From Gemmatimonadota bacterium (GTDB taxonomy: Bacteria; Gemmatimonadota; Gemmatimonadetes; Gemmatimonadales; GWC2-71-9): a stretch of DNA of 64,000 nt. This document shows positions 20,233-28,512 of this stretch, piece by piece; the first letter of the stretch is position 1; each line of letters starts with the position of its first letter. A program made the translations under genes and the position numbers. A model generated the notes under the pieces. The model had not been told where the DNA came from and did not search any database. It saw nothing but the letters and a program-made list of their open reading frames with translations. Where the stretch lies: NCBI GenBank assembly GCA_039586365.1, contig JBDHKN010000028.1:23746-87745 (forward strand), given 5' to 3'.

Positions 20233-20577
20233 ATGAAAACACTCGCCAAGTTCGTTGTTCTGTCCTTTGTCGTCTTGCTGGCGATACCCCTGCTGCAGTA
20301 CAAGACAGTATCACCTTGCCGTATGCTCGAGCAGGAACTGGTCGAGCGTGCGCAACAGGAAGCTGAGTCCGCTGTCGAGGAGGGGCAGGAAGCCGTCAGC
20401 AGATACGGCGAGCAGGCACAGCGGCTTGCGGAACAAGTTGGTGCGATCGTGGAAAATGTTGCGGAGGACATCGCCGCCGGCGTTGCCGAGATGCGCGTTG
20501 AGCAGCTATCCACCCGCCAGTGCCTGAGGGAACTGTCGCGAATGAAGCTTGGCAAGGAACCGACGCCAGGTTGGTGA
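20233..20577 (+). CDS. Hypothetical membrane-anchored protein
   Basis: N-terminal TM helix, helical body, two Cys; 114 aa. Confidence 0.7.
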   Translation: MKTLAKFVVLSFVVLLAIPLLQYKTVSPCRMLEQELVERAQQEAESAVEEGQEAVSRYGEQAQRLAEQVGAIVENVAEDIAAGVAEMRVEQLSTRQCLRELSRMKLGKEPTPGW

Positions 20578-20902
20578 CATTGGATTCTTCCGCCCCGACC
20601 TCGCGACGGGCGTATTGGGCAGTACCGGGAGGGTAGGCCGACACCGAGGAATTTCCACCAGCGGTCACTGTCTCCCACCTGGTAGATCACATGGGGCTGG
20701 TTCTAGCCCTCGACTCGAGTTGTCCGTCATTCAGCCGAGCCCCACCAGGTATTCCACCACTTCCGAACGAGTCTGTTTGGGTCCATTATCACGCCGTGGC
20801 ACGTTTGCATCCGGAATCGCGCCGCAGCGCTGACCTGGGTTGGTTGGGCCACCGAAGCAGCGAGACTGTGCCACCACCCATCGTTGACCCAAGGAGCCGA
20901 CC

Positions 20903-21553
20903 ATGAATAGCGCGGTCGCTTTGGTAGAAGCATATCTGCACGCCAACGGCTATTTCACGGTTACGGAGTATCCGATCATGGAGGCGCTACCAGGCGGTGC
21001 CTATCGGGTGGCCACCGACATCGACATAATGGCAGTGCGGCTACCGCATGCCGGCCGGCTCATTCCTGGGCGCAACGTCGCAAAGGGCCGCGGGAAAGAC
21101 AGGCTCGATCCTGACCCGATGCTCCAAACCACCGACGATTCGGTGGATCTGTTGATCGGGGAGGTCAAGGAGGGTCAGGCGATCTTGAACGAGGGAGCAC
21201 GGGACCCGGAAGTGCTGAGCTCCGTACTGTCTCGGTTTGGGGGCAAAGCCATGACGCAGGTCGAGAGTCTGGTAGCGGCCCTGCTCAAGAGAGGTGAGGC
21301 ACAGATGGAGGACGGGCCCCGCGTGCGGGTTGTGGCGTTCGGCTCGCACGGAGCCCCCCGTCGCTCGTATCACGTTATCACCCTCGGCCATATCCTAGAT
21401 TTTTTCCGCGACGCAGTGGAGCAACACTGGGGCATCATGCAGCAGGCTCATTTCAAGCATCCCGGATTGGCCTTTCTGATGATGGAGGAGAAGGCGAAAC
21501 GGCGGCAGGAAGAGTCACGGAGGAAAAGGGAAGGGAGGCAGCGGCAACGATGA
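20903..21553 (+). CDS. Hypothetical protein with PD-(D/E)XK nuclease-like motifs
   Basis: VEAYLHANGY, TDIDIMAVR, IGEVKEG; RBS AAGGAG. Confidence 0.65.
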   Translation: MNSAVALVEAYLHANGYFTVTEYPIMEALPGGAYRVATDIDIMAVRLPHAGRLIPGRNVAKGRGKDRLDPDPMLQTTDDSVDLLIGEVKEGQAILNEGARDPEVLSSVLSRFGGKAMTQVESLVAALLKRGEAQMEDGPRVRVVAFGSHGAPRRSYHVITLGHILDFFRDAVEQHWGIMQQAHFKHPGLAFLMMEEKAKRRQEESRRKREGRQRQR

Positions 21554-21636
21554 AGTGCCGCAACTGGAATAGAGCGTGAACCGCATCTCAACATCCTTCC
21601 GACGCACCGAATAAATCCGCGACTGATGTGTAGGTA

Positions 21637-22248
21637 ATGATAGAGAGACAACCGTCACAGGAGGCAGGCATAGCGCCGCGTGACCACACCGAGGTGGCGG
21701 AACGGGATCTCATGGTCCGGGCGCAGCGCGGTGACCGTCGGGCATTCGGTGAGTTGGTCACGCGACACATGCAGCGAGCGTACTATGCGGCGCTGGGACT
21801 TGTGGGCTCACACGACGACGCAGTGGATATGTCGCAGGAGGCGTTTGCCCGGGCTTATCGCAGCCATGAGTCGATCGATCCAGACGGGCCATTCTACGGC
21901 TGGATATACCAGATTCTGCGGAGACTGTGCTTCAATTTCCTGCGGGATCAGAAGTCACGGACGCGGAGACTCGAACAACGTGCCAACTGGCTTACAGAGG
22001 AAGCTAGTGCACGTGCCGCTAGTTCGGATCCGGCTCGACGAGCAGAGTTGACCGAGCTGCGCGAGCGGCTGGAGATCGCCATAGCAGCGTTGTCGGACAA
22101 GGAACGGGAGGCGTTGGTACTCAAGGATTTCGAGGGTCTGCGCTATCGCGAGATCGCGGACTTGTTGGGGATCCCGATGGGCACGGTGATGTCGCGGCTC
22201 TACGCCGCCCGACGGTCGTTGGCCTCCTTGTTGGAGGACAGGCTGTGA
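21637..22248 (+). CDS. ECF sigma-70 factor
   Basis: AQRGDRRAFGELV, DMSQEAF, WIYQI, YREIADLLGIPMGTVMSRLYAAR. Confidence 0.95.
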   Translation: MIERQPSQEAGIAPRDHTEVAERDLMVRAQRGDRRAFGELVTRHMQRAYYAALGLVGSHDDAVDMSQEAFARAYRSHESIDPDGPFYGWIYQILRRLCFNFLRDQKSRTRRLEQRANWLTEEASARAASSDPARRAELTELRERLEIAIAALSDKEREALVLKDFEGLRYREIADLLGIPMGTVMSRLYAARRSLASLLEDRL

Positions 22249-22712
22249 AGCAGGAACACAAAGACAACGGTGTTGATCGGGCTCGCGAGCTCATGATGCT
22301 GGCGCTGGATGGAGAGGCCTCAGACGAGGAGTATGCCGAGTTCGCAGGACTCGTGAACGCCGACCCGGTGTTGCGTGCCGAGTGGGAGCGGCTGAGATGG
22401 GTGAAGGGCACGACGGCAACATTGAGGTTGCGAACGGCACCGTATGACCTCTGGGAGGAATACATGAACTCTGTTTACCGCCGCGTAGAGCGCGGGATCG
22501 GTTGGATACTGCTTTCCGTGGGGGCGATTGTCGTGCTCTCATATGGTGTATGGCGTGGTGTACAGGAGCTGGTCGGAGACGTGACCGTTCCCTGGTATGT
22601 CAAAGCGGGCGTGTTGGCATTGTTGATCGGCATAGTGGTACTCGCCGTATCAGTGATTCGGGAGAAGTACTTCGTGTTCAGAGATGACCCTTATAGGAAA
22701 GTCAGACGATGA
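22245..22712 (+). CDS. Putative anti-sigma factor (two C-terminal TM helices)
   Basis: LMMLALDGE anti-sigma-like N-terminus; GTGA overlap with the sigma stop. Confidence 0.75.
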   Translation: MKQEHKDNGVDRARELMMLALDGEASDEEYAEFAGLVNADPVLRAEWERLRWVKGTTATLRLRTAPYDLWEEYMNSVYRRVERGIGWILLSVGAIVVLSYGVWRGVQELVGDVTVPWYVKAGVLALLIGIVVLAVSVIREKYFVFRDDPYRKVRR

Positions 22713-23029
22713 TAATCACACCAGCAGCCAATGTCGCGGGCTATCGGATCGTAAAGACGCTGGGGCTCGTGCGGGGCAATACCATCCGGGCGCGCAACGT
22801 GGGCAAAGACATCATTGCGGTGATCAAGAACCTCGTGGGTGGAGAGATAGAGGAATACACGACGATGCTGGCGCAGGCGCGCGAACAGGCACTGGACAGG
22901 ATGGTGGAACAAGCGACTGCAATTGAGGCGGACGCCGTGACCGACGTGCGGTTCACCACTTCGGTTGTAATGGGTGGCGCTGCCGAAATGCTCGCGTTCG
23001 GCAACGCAGTCAAGCTGAAGCCAGAGTGA
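22709..23029 (+). CDS. YbjQ/UPF0145 family protein
   Basis: LGLVRG, KNLVGGEIEEYT, AREQALDRM, AFGNAV. Confidence 0.92.
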   Translation: MIITPAANVAGYRIVKTLGLVRGNTIRARNVGKDIIAVIKNLVGGEIEEYTTMLAQAREQALDRMVEQATAIEADAVTDVRFTTSVVMGGAAEMLAFGNAVKLKPE

Positions 23030-23072
23030 TGGTGCGGCTGGTTCACCGCGGCACAACCAAGGAGCACACGCA

Positions 23073-24500
23073 TTGAATACGCATCAGATGGTCGGCGCGA
23101 TTGCCGTGACAGTGCTGGGTCTCGGCACCATGCCGCTCAGGGCCCAGCACGAATTAGTCGGTCAGTGGGACGGTGTGATCGCTATCCTCGGGAACGATCT
23201 GGGCATTACGGTCGTATTCGAGGCTACGGGCGCTCAAATAACGGCTCAGATCGATATCCCGCAGCAGGGAGCGCAGGGGCTCCCCCTCGCCAATCTGCGA
23301 TTCGACGATCCCAACGTGCACTTCGAGCTGCCCGCAGCGCAGGGGACTGCGGTCTTTGACGGACGTGTGCAGGGCGACTCGGTCACCGGTGACTTCACTC
23401 AGGCGGGCTACACCGGCACCTTCTCGCTCCACCGTGCGGAGCCGGCTGCAGCGGAACCGGCCGCGCAAGAGGCTCAGCCCTATGTGGAGGAAGAGGTCAG
23501 TTTCCGCAACGACGCCATCTTGCTGGCCGGGACTCTCACGCTACCGGATGCGGACGGTCCTCATCCGGCGGTGGTGATGATCACCGGCAGTGGGGCGCAG
23601 AACCGCGACGAGGAGTTGTTCGGCTTCAAGCCGTTCCGCATCATCGCCGACCACCTCACACGCCACGGAATTGCAGTGCTGCGGTACGACGACCGTGGCG
23701 TCGGCGGCTCGACAGGGAGTGTTTCGCAGGCGACTAGCGAAGAGCTGGCCGGTGATGTCTTGGCTGCCGTAGGTCTACTCGAGGCTCGTAGTGACATCGA
23801 TCCGCGACGGATCGGCCTGATCGGTCACAGCGAGGGTGGCATCATCGCGCCGATAGTGGCCGCACAGTCGAGCGACATAGCGTTCATCGTGCTGATGGCT
23901 GGAACGGCGGTGACCGGCGAGAGGATACTGTTGGCGCAGGGCGAGGCTATACTGCGGGCCAACGGAGCAACGGAAGCGCGGCTCCAAGCCCAGAGAGAAA
24001 TGCAACAGCAGATCTTCGCTGTGGTGCGCAGTGGAGCAGGGATGGAACAGCTGGCAGCCAACCTGCGCGAGCAGATACAGGCGAGTCTCGATTCGCTGCC
24101 GGTCGAGCAGCGGGCTGCCATCACAGACGAGGATGCTTTCGTCAACTCGAGGCTCGAGGGACAACTCAGCATGATCCGGTCGCCCTGGTTCCGCTTCTTC
24201 TTGGACTACGACCCCGCGGTGACCTTGGAGCAAGTGACAGTACCGGTGCTGGCACTGTTTGGTGAACTTGACCTGCAAGTGCCTCTGGTTGTGAACCGAG
24301 AGCCGTTGACCCGTGCGTTGGAACGGGGGGGAAATGACGCGGTCACGATCCGTGTTTTCCCGCGAGCGAACCACCTCTTCCTGACTGCGGAGACCGGCAG
24401 TCCAAACGAATACCCTACCATGGAGAAGGAGTTCGTGCCTGGCTTCCTGGAAGAGATGACTGACTGGATCCTAGCGCGGGTGGCAAAAGGCGACTCCTGA
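23073..24500 (+). CDS. Exported alpha/beta hydrolase
   Basis: Signal peptide; ITGSGAQNRDE, YDDRGVG, nucleophile GHSEGG, DLQV, ANHLF. Confidence 0.9.
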   Translation: MNTHQMVGAIAVTVLGLGTMPLRAQHELVGQWDGVIAILGNDLGITVVFEATGAQITAQIDIPQQGAQGLPLANLRFDDPNVHFELPAAQGTAVFDGRVQGDSVTGDFTQAGYTGTFSLHRAEPAAAEPAAQEAQPYVEEEVSFRNDAILLAGTLTLPDADGPHPAVVMITGSGAQNRDEELFGFKPFRIIADHLTRHGIAVLRYDDRGVGGSTGSVSQATSEELAGDVLAAVGLLEARSDIDPRRIGLIGHSEGGIIAPIVAAQSSDIAFIVLMAGTAVTGERILLAQGEAILRANGATEARLQAQREMQQQIFAVVRSGAGMEQLAANLREQIQASLDSLPVEQRAAITDEDAFVNSRLEGQLSMIRSPWFRFFLDYDPAVTLEQVTVPVLALFGELDLQVPLVVNREPLTRALERGGNDAVTIRVFPRANHLFLTAETGSPNEYPTMEKEFVPGFLEEMTDWILARVAKGDS

Positions 24501-24570
24501 AGGGGAAAGCGGTGGGGTTCACGGTTGCCGGGCCAAGCGGTGCCCTGGCGACCGGATTCGAAGGCGCGGT

Positions 24571-24597
24571 CGAACCCTTTTGGTGCCATATTGCGTA
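24571..24597 (+). promoter_or_regulatory. Putative ECF-sigma promoter for the DUF4097 gene
   Basis: CGAACC-N17-CGTA with a T-tract after -35; same spacing as the PadR promoters. Confidence 0.55.
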
Positions 24598-24633
24598 TAG
24601 TGAATACCAGGCAGTCAAACCGGAGCGACTGAA

Positions 24634-25482
24634 ATGAGCCCCAGACTCTACTTGATCCCGTTAGCCATGGTTGCGGTCGGTGCAGGCGTGGCGGTCAACC
24701 GTCACACGCGGGACCACACCGATCACAAGGAAGTGACGGTTGTGGTCTCACCACTGCCGCAGCAGCACGAATGGTGTAGCGAGCGCCCCAAATCCAGCCG
24801 CGGGTGGTATTGTGAGGTCCGCGAGTTCTCGTTCTCAGCCTCGGACCTGAACGCTCTGGATGCCAGCCCTAACGGTGACATTGAAATGAGAGGTTGGGAC
24901 AGCGACGCAGTGCAGGTTCTTGCCAAGGTTCAGGCCAGCGCCCGGTCGGATGCGGACGCTCATGACCTGGTATCCGTGGTCCGAATCGCGACGTCGGGTG
25001 TGAAACTCAATACCAGCGGTCCCAAGGTAGGGCGCAACGAATCGTGGTCGGTCAGTTACTGTGCGGCCGTGCCGCGGCGGTCGAATTGGTCGCTGCACGC
25101 CACTAACGGTGGGATAGCGGTAGAGGATGTGTCGGGCAATCTCGAGCTGGGGACCACCAACGGTGGCATCACCCTGAGAGCGGTCGGCGGTGACGTTCAG
25201 GGTCGCACCGTCAATGGTGGGATCAAGGCGGAGCTCGAAGGAAATGAGTGGGACGGTGCGGGGTTGAGCCTCAGGACGACGAACGGCAGCATCGACATCC
25301 TCATGTCAGGTGAATACAACGCCGTACTCGAATCCGCCACGACCAATGGCGCCATTCAAGTCGATTTCCCGGTCACGGTGAGCGGCCGGATCAGCCGTAG
25401 GTTGAACACCGAACTCGGCAACGGCGGCGCCTTGATACAGGCCGTCACGACCAACGGCGCGGTGAGGATCAGGAAGAACTAG
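24634..25482 (+). CDS. DUF4097-like beta-strand repeat protein
   Basis: Repeated (T/A)TNG(G/S/A)I motifs; N-terminal TM/signal. Confidence 0.87.
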   Translation: MSPRLYLIPLAMVAVGAGVAVNRHTRDHTDHKEVTVVVSPLPQQHEWCSERPKSSRGWYCEVREFSFSASDLNALDASPNGDIEMRGWDSDAVQVLAKVQASARSDADAHDLVSVVRIATSGVKLNTSGPKVGRNESWSVSYCAAVPRRSNWSLHATNGGIAVEDVSGNLELGTTNGGITLRAVGGDVQGRTVNGGIKAELEGNEWDGAGLSLRTTNGSIDILMSGEYNAVLESATTNGAIQVDFPVTVSGRISRRLNTELGNGGALIQAVTTNGAVRIRKN

Positions 25483-25502
25483 ATTGACGATTGACGATTG
25501 AC
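25482..25502 (+). repeat. (GATTGAC)3 heptamer array
   Basis: Begins on the last base of the DUF4097 TAG stop. Confidence 0.95.
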
Positions 25503-25824
25503 GATCGGAAATCGTCAGTCGTGGGTAATGTAACTCAACTCGGTTGCTTTCTTCGGTTTCTGACGAGCTGTTGCAGAGCCATAGCTCATGGGATCGGTGG
25601 TGGACGGGTCAATGCAAGACGGTGTCCTGGCGGCCTGCACGGTATCCAGCGGGCCTTTGACCGCATCGTTAGGCCTGCTGGACCACCTGATACTCTGCGC
25701 CTCGCACGGTAACATCCCTGTCATGTAGCCGTGCACGTCAACTCACCGGCCGGAACGACCGCAAGCCACCTTGCTGAACAGGACTTCCGAGTCTGGTCAG
25801 CAACCGGATTCAGTCACCCTACCC

Positions 25825-25858
25825 TCACTCGTAACTCGTCACTCGTCACTCGTCAATC
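25825..25858 (-). repeat. GATTGAC/GAGTGAC heptamer array (about 5 units)
   Basis: Minus strand GATTGAC GAGTGAC GAGTGAC GAGTTAC GAGTGA; encodes the last residues and stop of the hydrolase. Confidence 0.93.
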
Positions 25859-28191
25859 TCAGAGTTGAGAATCGGGTAGGCTGCCCAGTCTTTGTAGTCG
25901 AAGTGCCACCACTCGAATTCGTAGACTGAGAACCCCTCGGCTTCCATGACACGGCGCAGCAGGTCCCGGTGCCAGCGCTGGCGAGAGGTTCCGCCCGGAT
26001 AGGCCGGGTAGGAGCGTTCGGTCATCTCGTCGTAGGTGCCGACCATCTGGATCGGCTCCCCCGTGCGCGAATCGTATAGGGTGAGGTCCACCGCGCAGCC
26101 GCGGTTGTGGCGGGAACCACTCGCCGGGTTGGCGACGAAGATCTTCTTGTCTTCAGGCGTAGCGTCCCAGAACATCTTGGTCACGTACCACGGCCGATAG
26201 GCGTCGTGGATCAGGAGACCGTAGCCGTACTCTCGGAGCGCTCTGTGAGCACGCACCACTGCTTCAGCCGCGGGTCGTTGCAGGAATGCTCGCGGTTGCT
26301 GGTAGAACACGGCGCCCATGAAGTTGTCGGTGGAGGCATAGCGGATGTCGAGTTTGATGGTCGGATCGAGTTCGGTTACTTCCACCAGATCGGGTTCGCG
26401 GAACTCGCCCTGTTCCGGCGCCGGTGATGCGGCGAGAGCCTCCTGTCGCAGTTCCTCGACCGGTCGTACCGGTTCGATCTGGAAAGTGCCTTCATCCAAA
26501 CCCACGGGTCTCCGCTCGAACACCACGCTGGCCGCTTCCACCGCTGTCGCCCGGCCAGTGCTGTCACGATTGAAGAGGAGCCGTTCGCCGTGGTACAGCC
26601 CGAAGTCGGGGAACGCGAAGACGTCGGGACTCACCTCTTGCAGCGGATAGAAGAAGAACCACTCGATCAAGGCGTGGAGCTGTCCTCGGCGTTCCAGGAT
26701 GAACAGGGTGTTGTGATCCCAGCCGTATTCGCCGATCAAACCGCGCCAGCTGTCCGGGACAGCCGGGGGCGGCCGGCTGCTGGCCTGCCGCAGAGTGTCC
26801 CGCCCGATCACGATCCGGCCATCCTGTAGCAGCACGACCGTCCCCCCCTGGTCCAGCGGACCGTCGACCACCAATGTGTCGCCCCACTGACGCAACTCGA
26901 AGGCGATGCCACCGCGGTACAACAGGCCGTGCAGCCGGCCGTTCAGCTCCAAGAATTCGATCCCCGCGTCACCGACGGGGTACTCGCCCACCAAGGCGCG
27001 AATTCGCTCGTGGGGAACCGGAAGCGTTCTTCTCGGGGTCGGTAGCGGTTGGTGTTCCCGCACGGCCAGCATGCTCCTGAGCGCGAGGTCGGCGATCAGG
27101 TCAGTGACGGCATTGGCGCCATCTTTTGTGGCCACGACGATCGTGCCGACCTTCTCGTCAGGTAGCAGTGCCAGTTCGGTGGCGAAGCCGTAGATCGCAC
27201 CGCCGTGACCGATGCGGCGGTGGCCGTCCAACAGGCCGACGTTGAAGCCGAGGCCGTAACCGTTGGTGGCTCCCGCGGGAGCAAACTGGGGTTGCCACAT
27301 CGCGGCGAGGGTCTCCTGCCCGACGACGGCGGTGCCGTCGCGGGTACTCCCGGCGAACAGCACGCTCATGAAACCGCCCAGGTCGATCACCGTGGAGTAC
27401 ATGCTTCCGGCCGGCGCCATCCCCAATTGGAACGTGGGGGCCTCGAACGACCTGCCGTCGTAGGTCCACATCTGGGCGGCGGCGAGATCCTCGATCAGCT
27501 GTGGTTCCGGCTCGAATGCGCTGCGCCTCATGCCGAAGGGTGTGAGGACCGCGTCCTTGACGTACTTGGCAAAGGGAACGCCCTGCGTGCGCTCGAGTAC
27601 GTAGCCGACTGTGGCTACGCCGGCATTGGAGTACTTGATTCTGGCCTCAGGCTCGTACACCAGTGTCGTGGAGTTCAGGCTTGCCACCATCGCCGGGAGC
27701 GAAGGTTCAGTGTCGTCGAAGTAGTTGCCAACTGGTGGCTCCCGCACCAGACCAGCACGGTGGGACATGAGTTGCCGGAGTGTGATCGGTTTGTCGTAGT
27801 GGTTTTCGGGGCTGAAGTCGGGCAGGTACGTGGTGACTGGCGCATCCAGCTCCAGTTCGCCGTGTTGCACCAACCGCATCACCGCCATGTCGGTGAACAG
27901 TTTGGAGACCGATCCCACGCGGTACACCGTGTTGGCCGTAGCCGGAGTGCTGTCGCCAGGATCGGCGTAGCCGAAGCCGCGCGCCCACACGATCTCCTGA
28001 TCGTCCACCAGCGCAATGGAGACGGCGGGGATCTCCTTCACCTCCATGTGCCATTCGATGAACGGTTCGAGCAACTCAGCCACCGCCGCATAGTCCCGGC
28101 GCGGCTCAATGTCACCGCTGGCGCCACCACACGAGACAGCCCAAGGGAGGAGGATGAAGCAGCTGGACCAGTGCCTGAGGATGTCGGCCAT
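25846..28191 (-). CDS. Lipoprotein: beta-lactamase-family serine hydrolase fused to a VanX-like D-Ala-D-Ala dipeptidase
   Basis: Lipobox-like AVSC; SVSK, YSN, HGG; C-terminal DAYRP, SRHNRGCAVD, EWWHF; start 28191 or 28218. Confidence 0.9.
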   Translation of the reverse strand: MADILRHWSSCFILLPWAVSCGGASGDIEPRRDYAAVAELLEPFIEWHMEVKEIPAVSIALVDDQEIVWARGFGYADPGDSTPATANTVYRVGSVSKLFTDMAVMRLVQHGELELDAPVTTYLPDFSPENHYDKPITLRQLMSHRAGLVREPPVGNYFDDTEPSLPAMVASLNSTTLVYEPEARIKYSNAGVATVGYVLERTQGVPFAKYVKDAVLTPFGMRRSAFEPEPQLIEDLAAAQMWTYDGRSFEAPTFQLGMAPAGSMYSTVIDLGGFMSVLFAGSTRDGTAVVGQETLAAMWQPQFAPAGATNGYGLGFNVGLLDGHRRIGHGGAIYGFATELALLPDEKVGTIVVATKDGANAVTDLIADLALRSMLAVREHQPLPTPRRTLPVPHERIRALVGEYPVGDAGIEFLELNGRLHGLLYRGGIAFELRQWGDTLVVDGPLDQGGTVVLLQDGRIVIGRDTLRQASSRPPPAVPDSWRGLIGEYGWDHNTLFILERRGQLHALIEWFFFYPLQEVSPDVFAFPDFGLYHGERLLFNRDSTGRATAVEAASVVFERRPVGLDEGTFQIEPVRPVEELRQEALAASPAPEQGEFREPDLVEVTELDPTIKLDIRYASTDNFMGAVFYQQPRAFLQRPAAEAVVRAHRALREYGYGLLIHDAYRPWYVTKMFWDATPEDKKIFVANPASGSRHNRGCAVDLTLYDSRTGEPIQMVGTYDEMTERSYPAYPGGTSRQRWHRDLLRRVMEAEGFSVYEFEWWHFDYKDWAAYPILNSEIDE

Positions 28192-28220
28192 GGTGGCCTT
28201 AGAGTGTCTTGCAGCCATGT

Positions 28221-28316
28221 GATTGACGATTGACGATTGACAATTGACGATTGACGAGTGACTTCGACCCGAGCGATCACTGATCACCGATTACTAAATA
28301 CTGACAAGAATGACCG
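28221..28316 (+). repeat. GATTGAC array (6 units) plus a secondary degenerate heptamer tract
   Basis: GATTGAC x3, AATTGAC, GATTGAC, GAGTGAC; then GATCACT GATCACC GATTACT AAATACT GAC..AATGACCG. Confidence 0.93.
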
Positions 28317-28435
28317 GACCGTCAAGCTAAATTGGGTAGCGCACCTCTGGGCGGCGGCACAAGCGGTAGATCATCCAACGCCACGCTCGGCACCGCCTAC
28401 CGTGCAGCGGCAAAGGAGCGTAACGTCAGCTGCGC

Positions 28436-28462
28436 TACGATCAACGCCGCGAACGCGTGTCA
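28436..28462 (-). promoter_or_regulatory. Possible ECF promoter upstream of the hydrolase/VanX fusion
   Basis: TGACAC-N17-CGTA, one mismatch to TGAAAC. Confidence 0.45.
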
Positions 28463-28512
28463 CTGTGCGTTTGATCAGGACACTGACAATCAGGTCCGGT
28501 ATGGACCCGCGG

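Noticed and set aside
25515..25736. 73-aa minus-strand ORF ending SATARQK.. as a four-helix-bundle remnant
   Set aside because: Only a few residues resemble the VATARG end of 38588-38953; too weak without an alignment.
28219..28287. N-terminal extension SSIVNCQSSIVNH of the hydrolase, and other SSIVNRQ-containing ORFs (34688, 38367, 42165)
   Set aside because: These are translations of the stop-free strand of the heptamer repeat.
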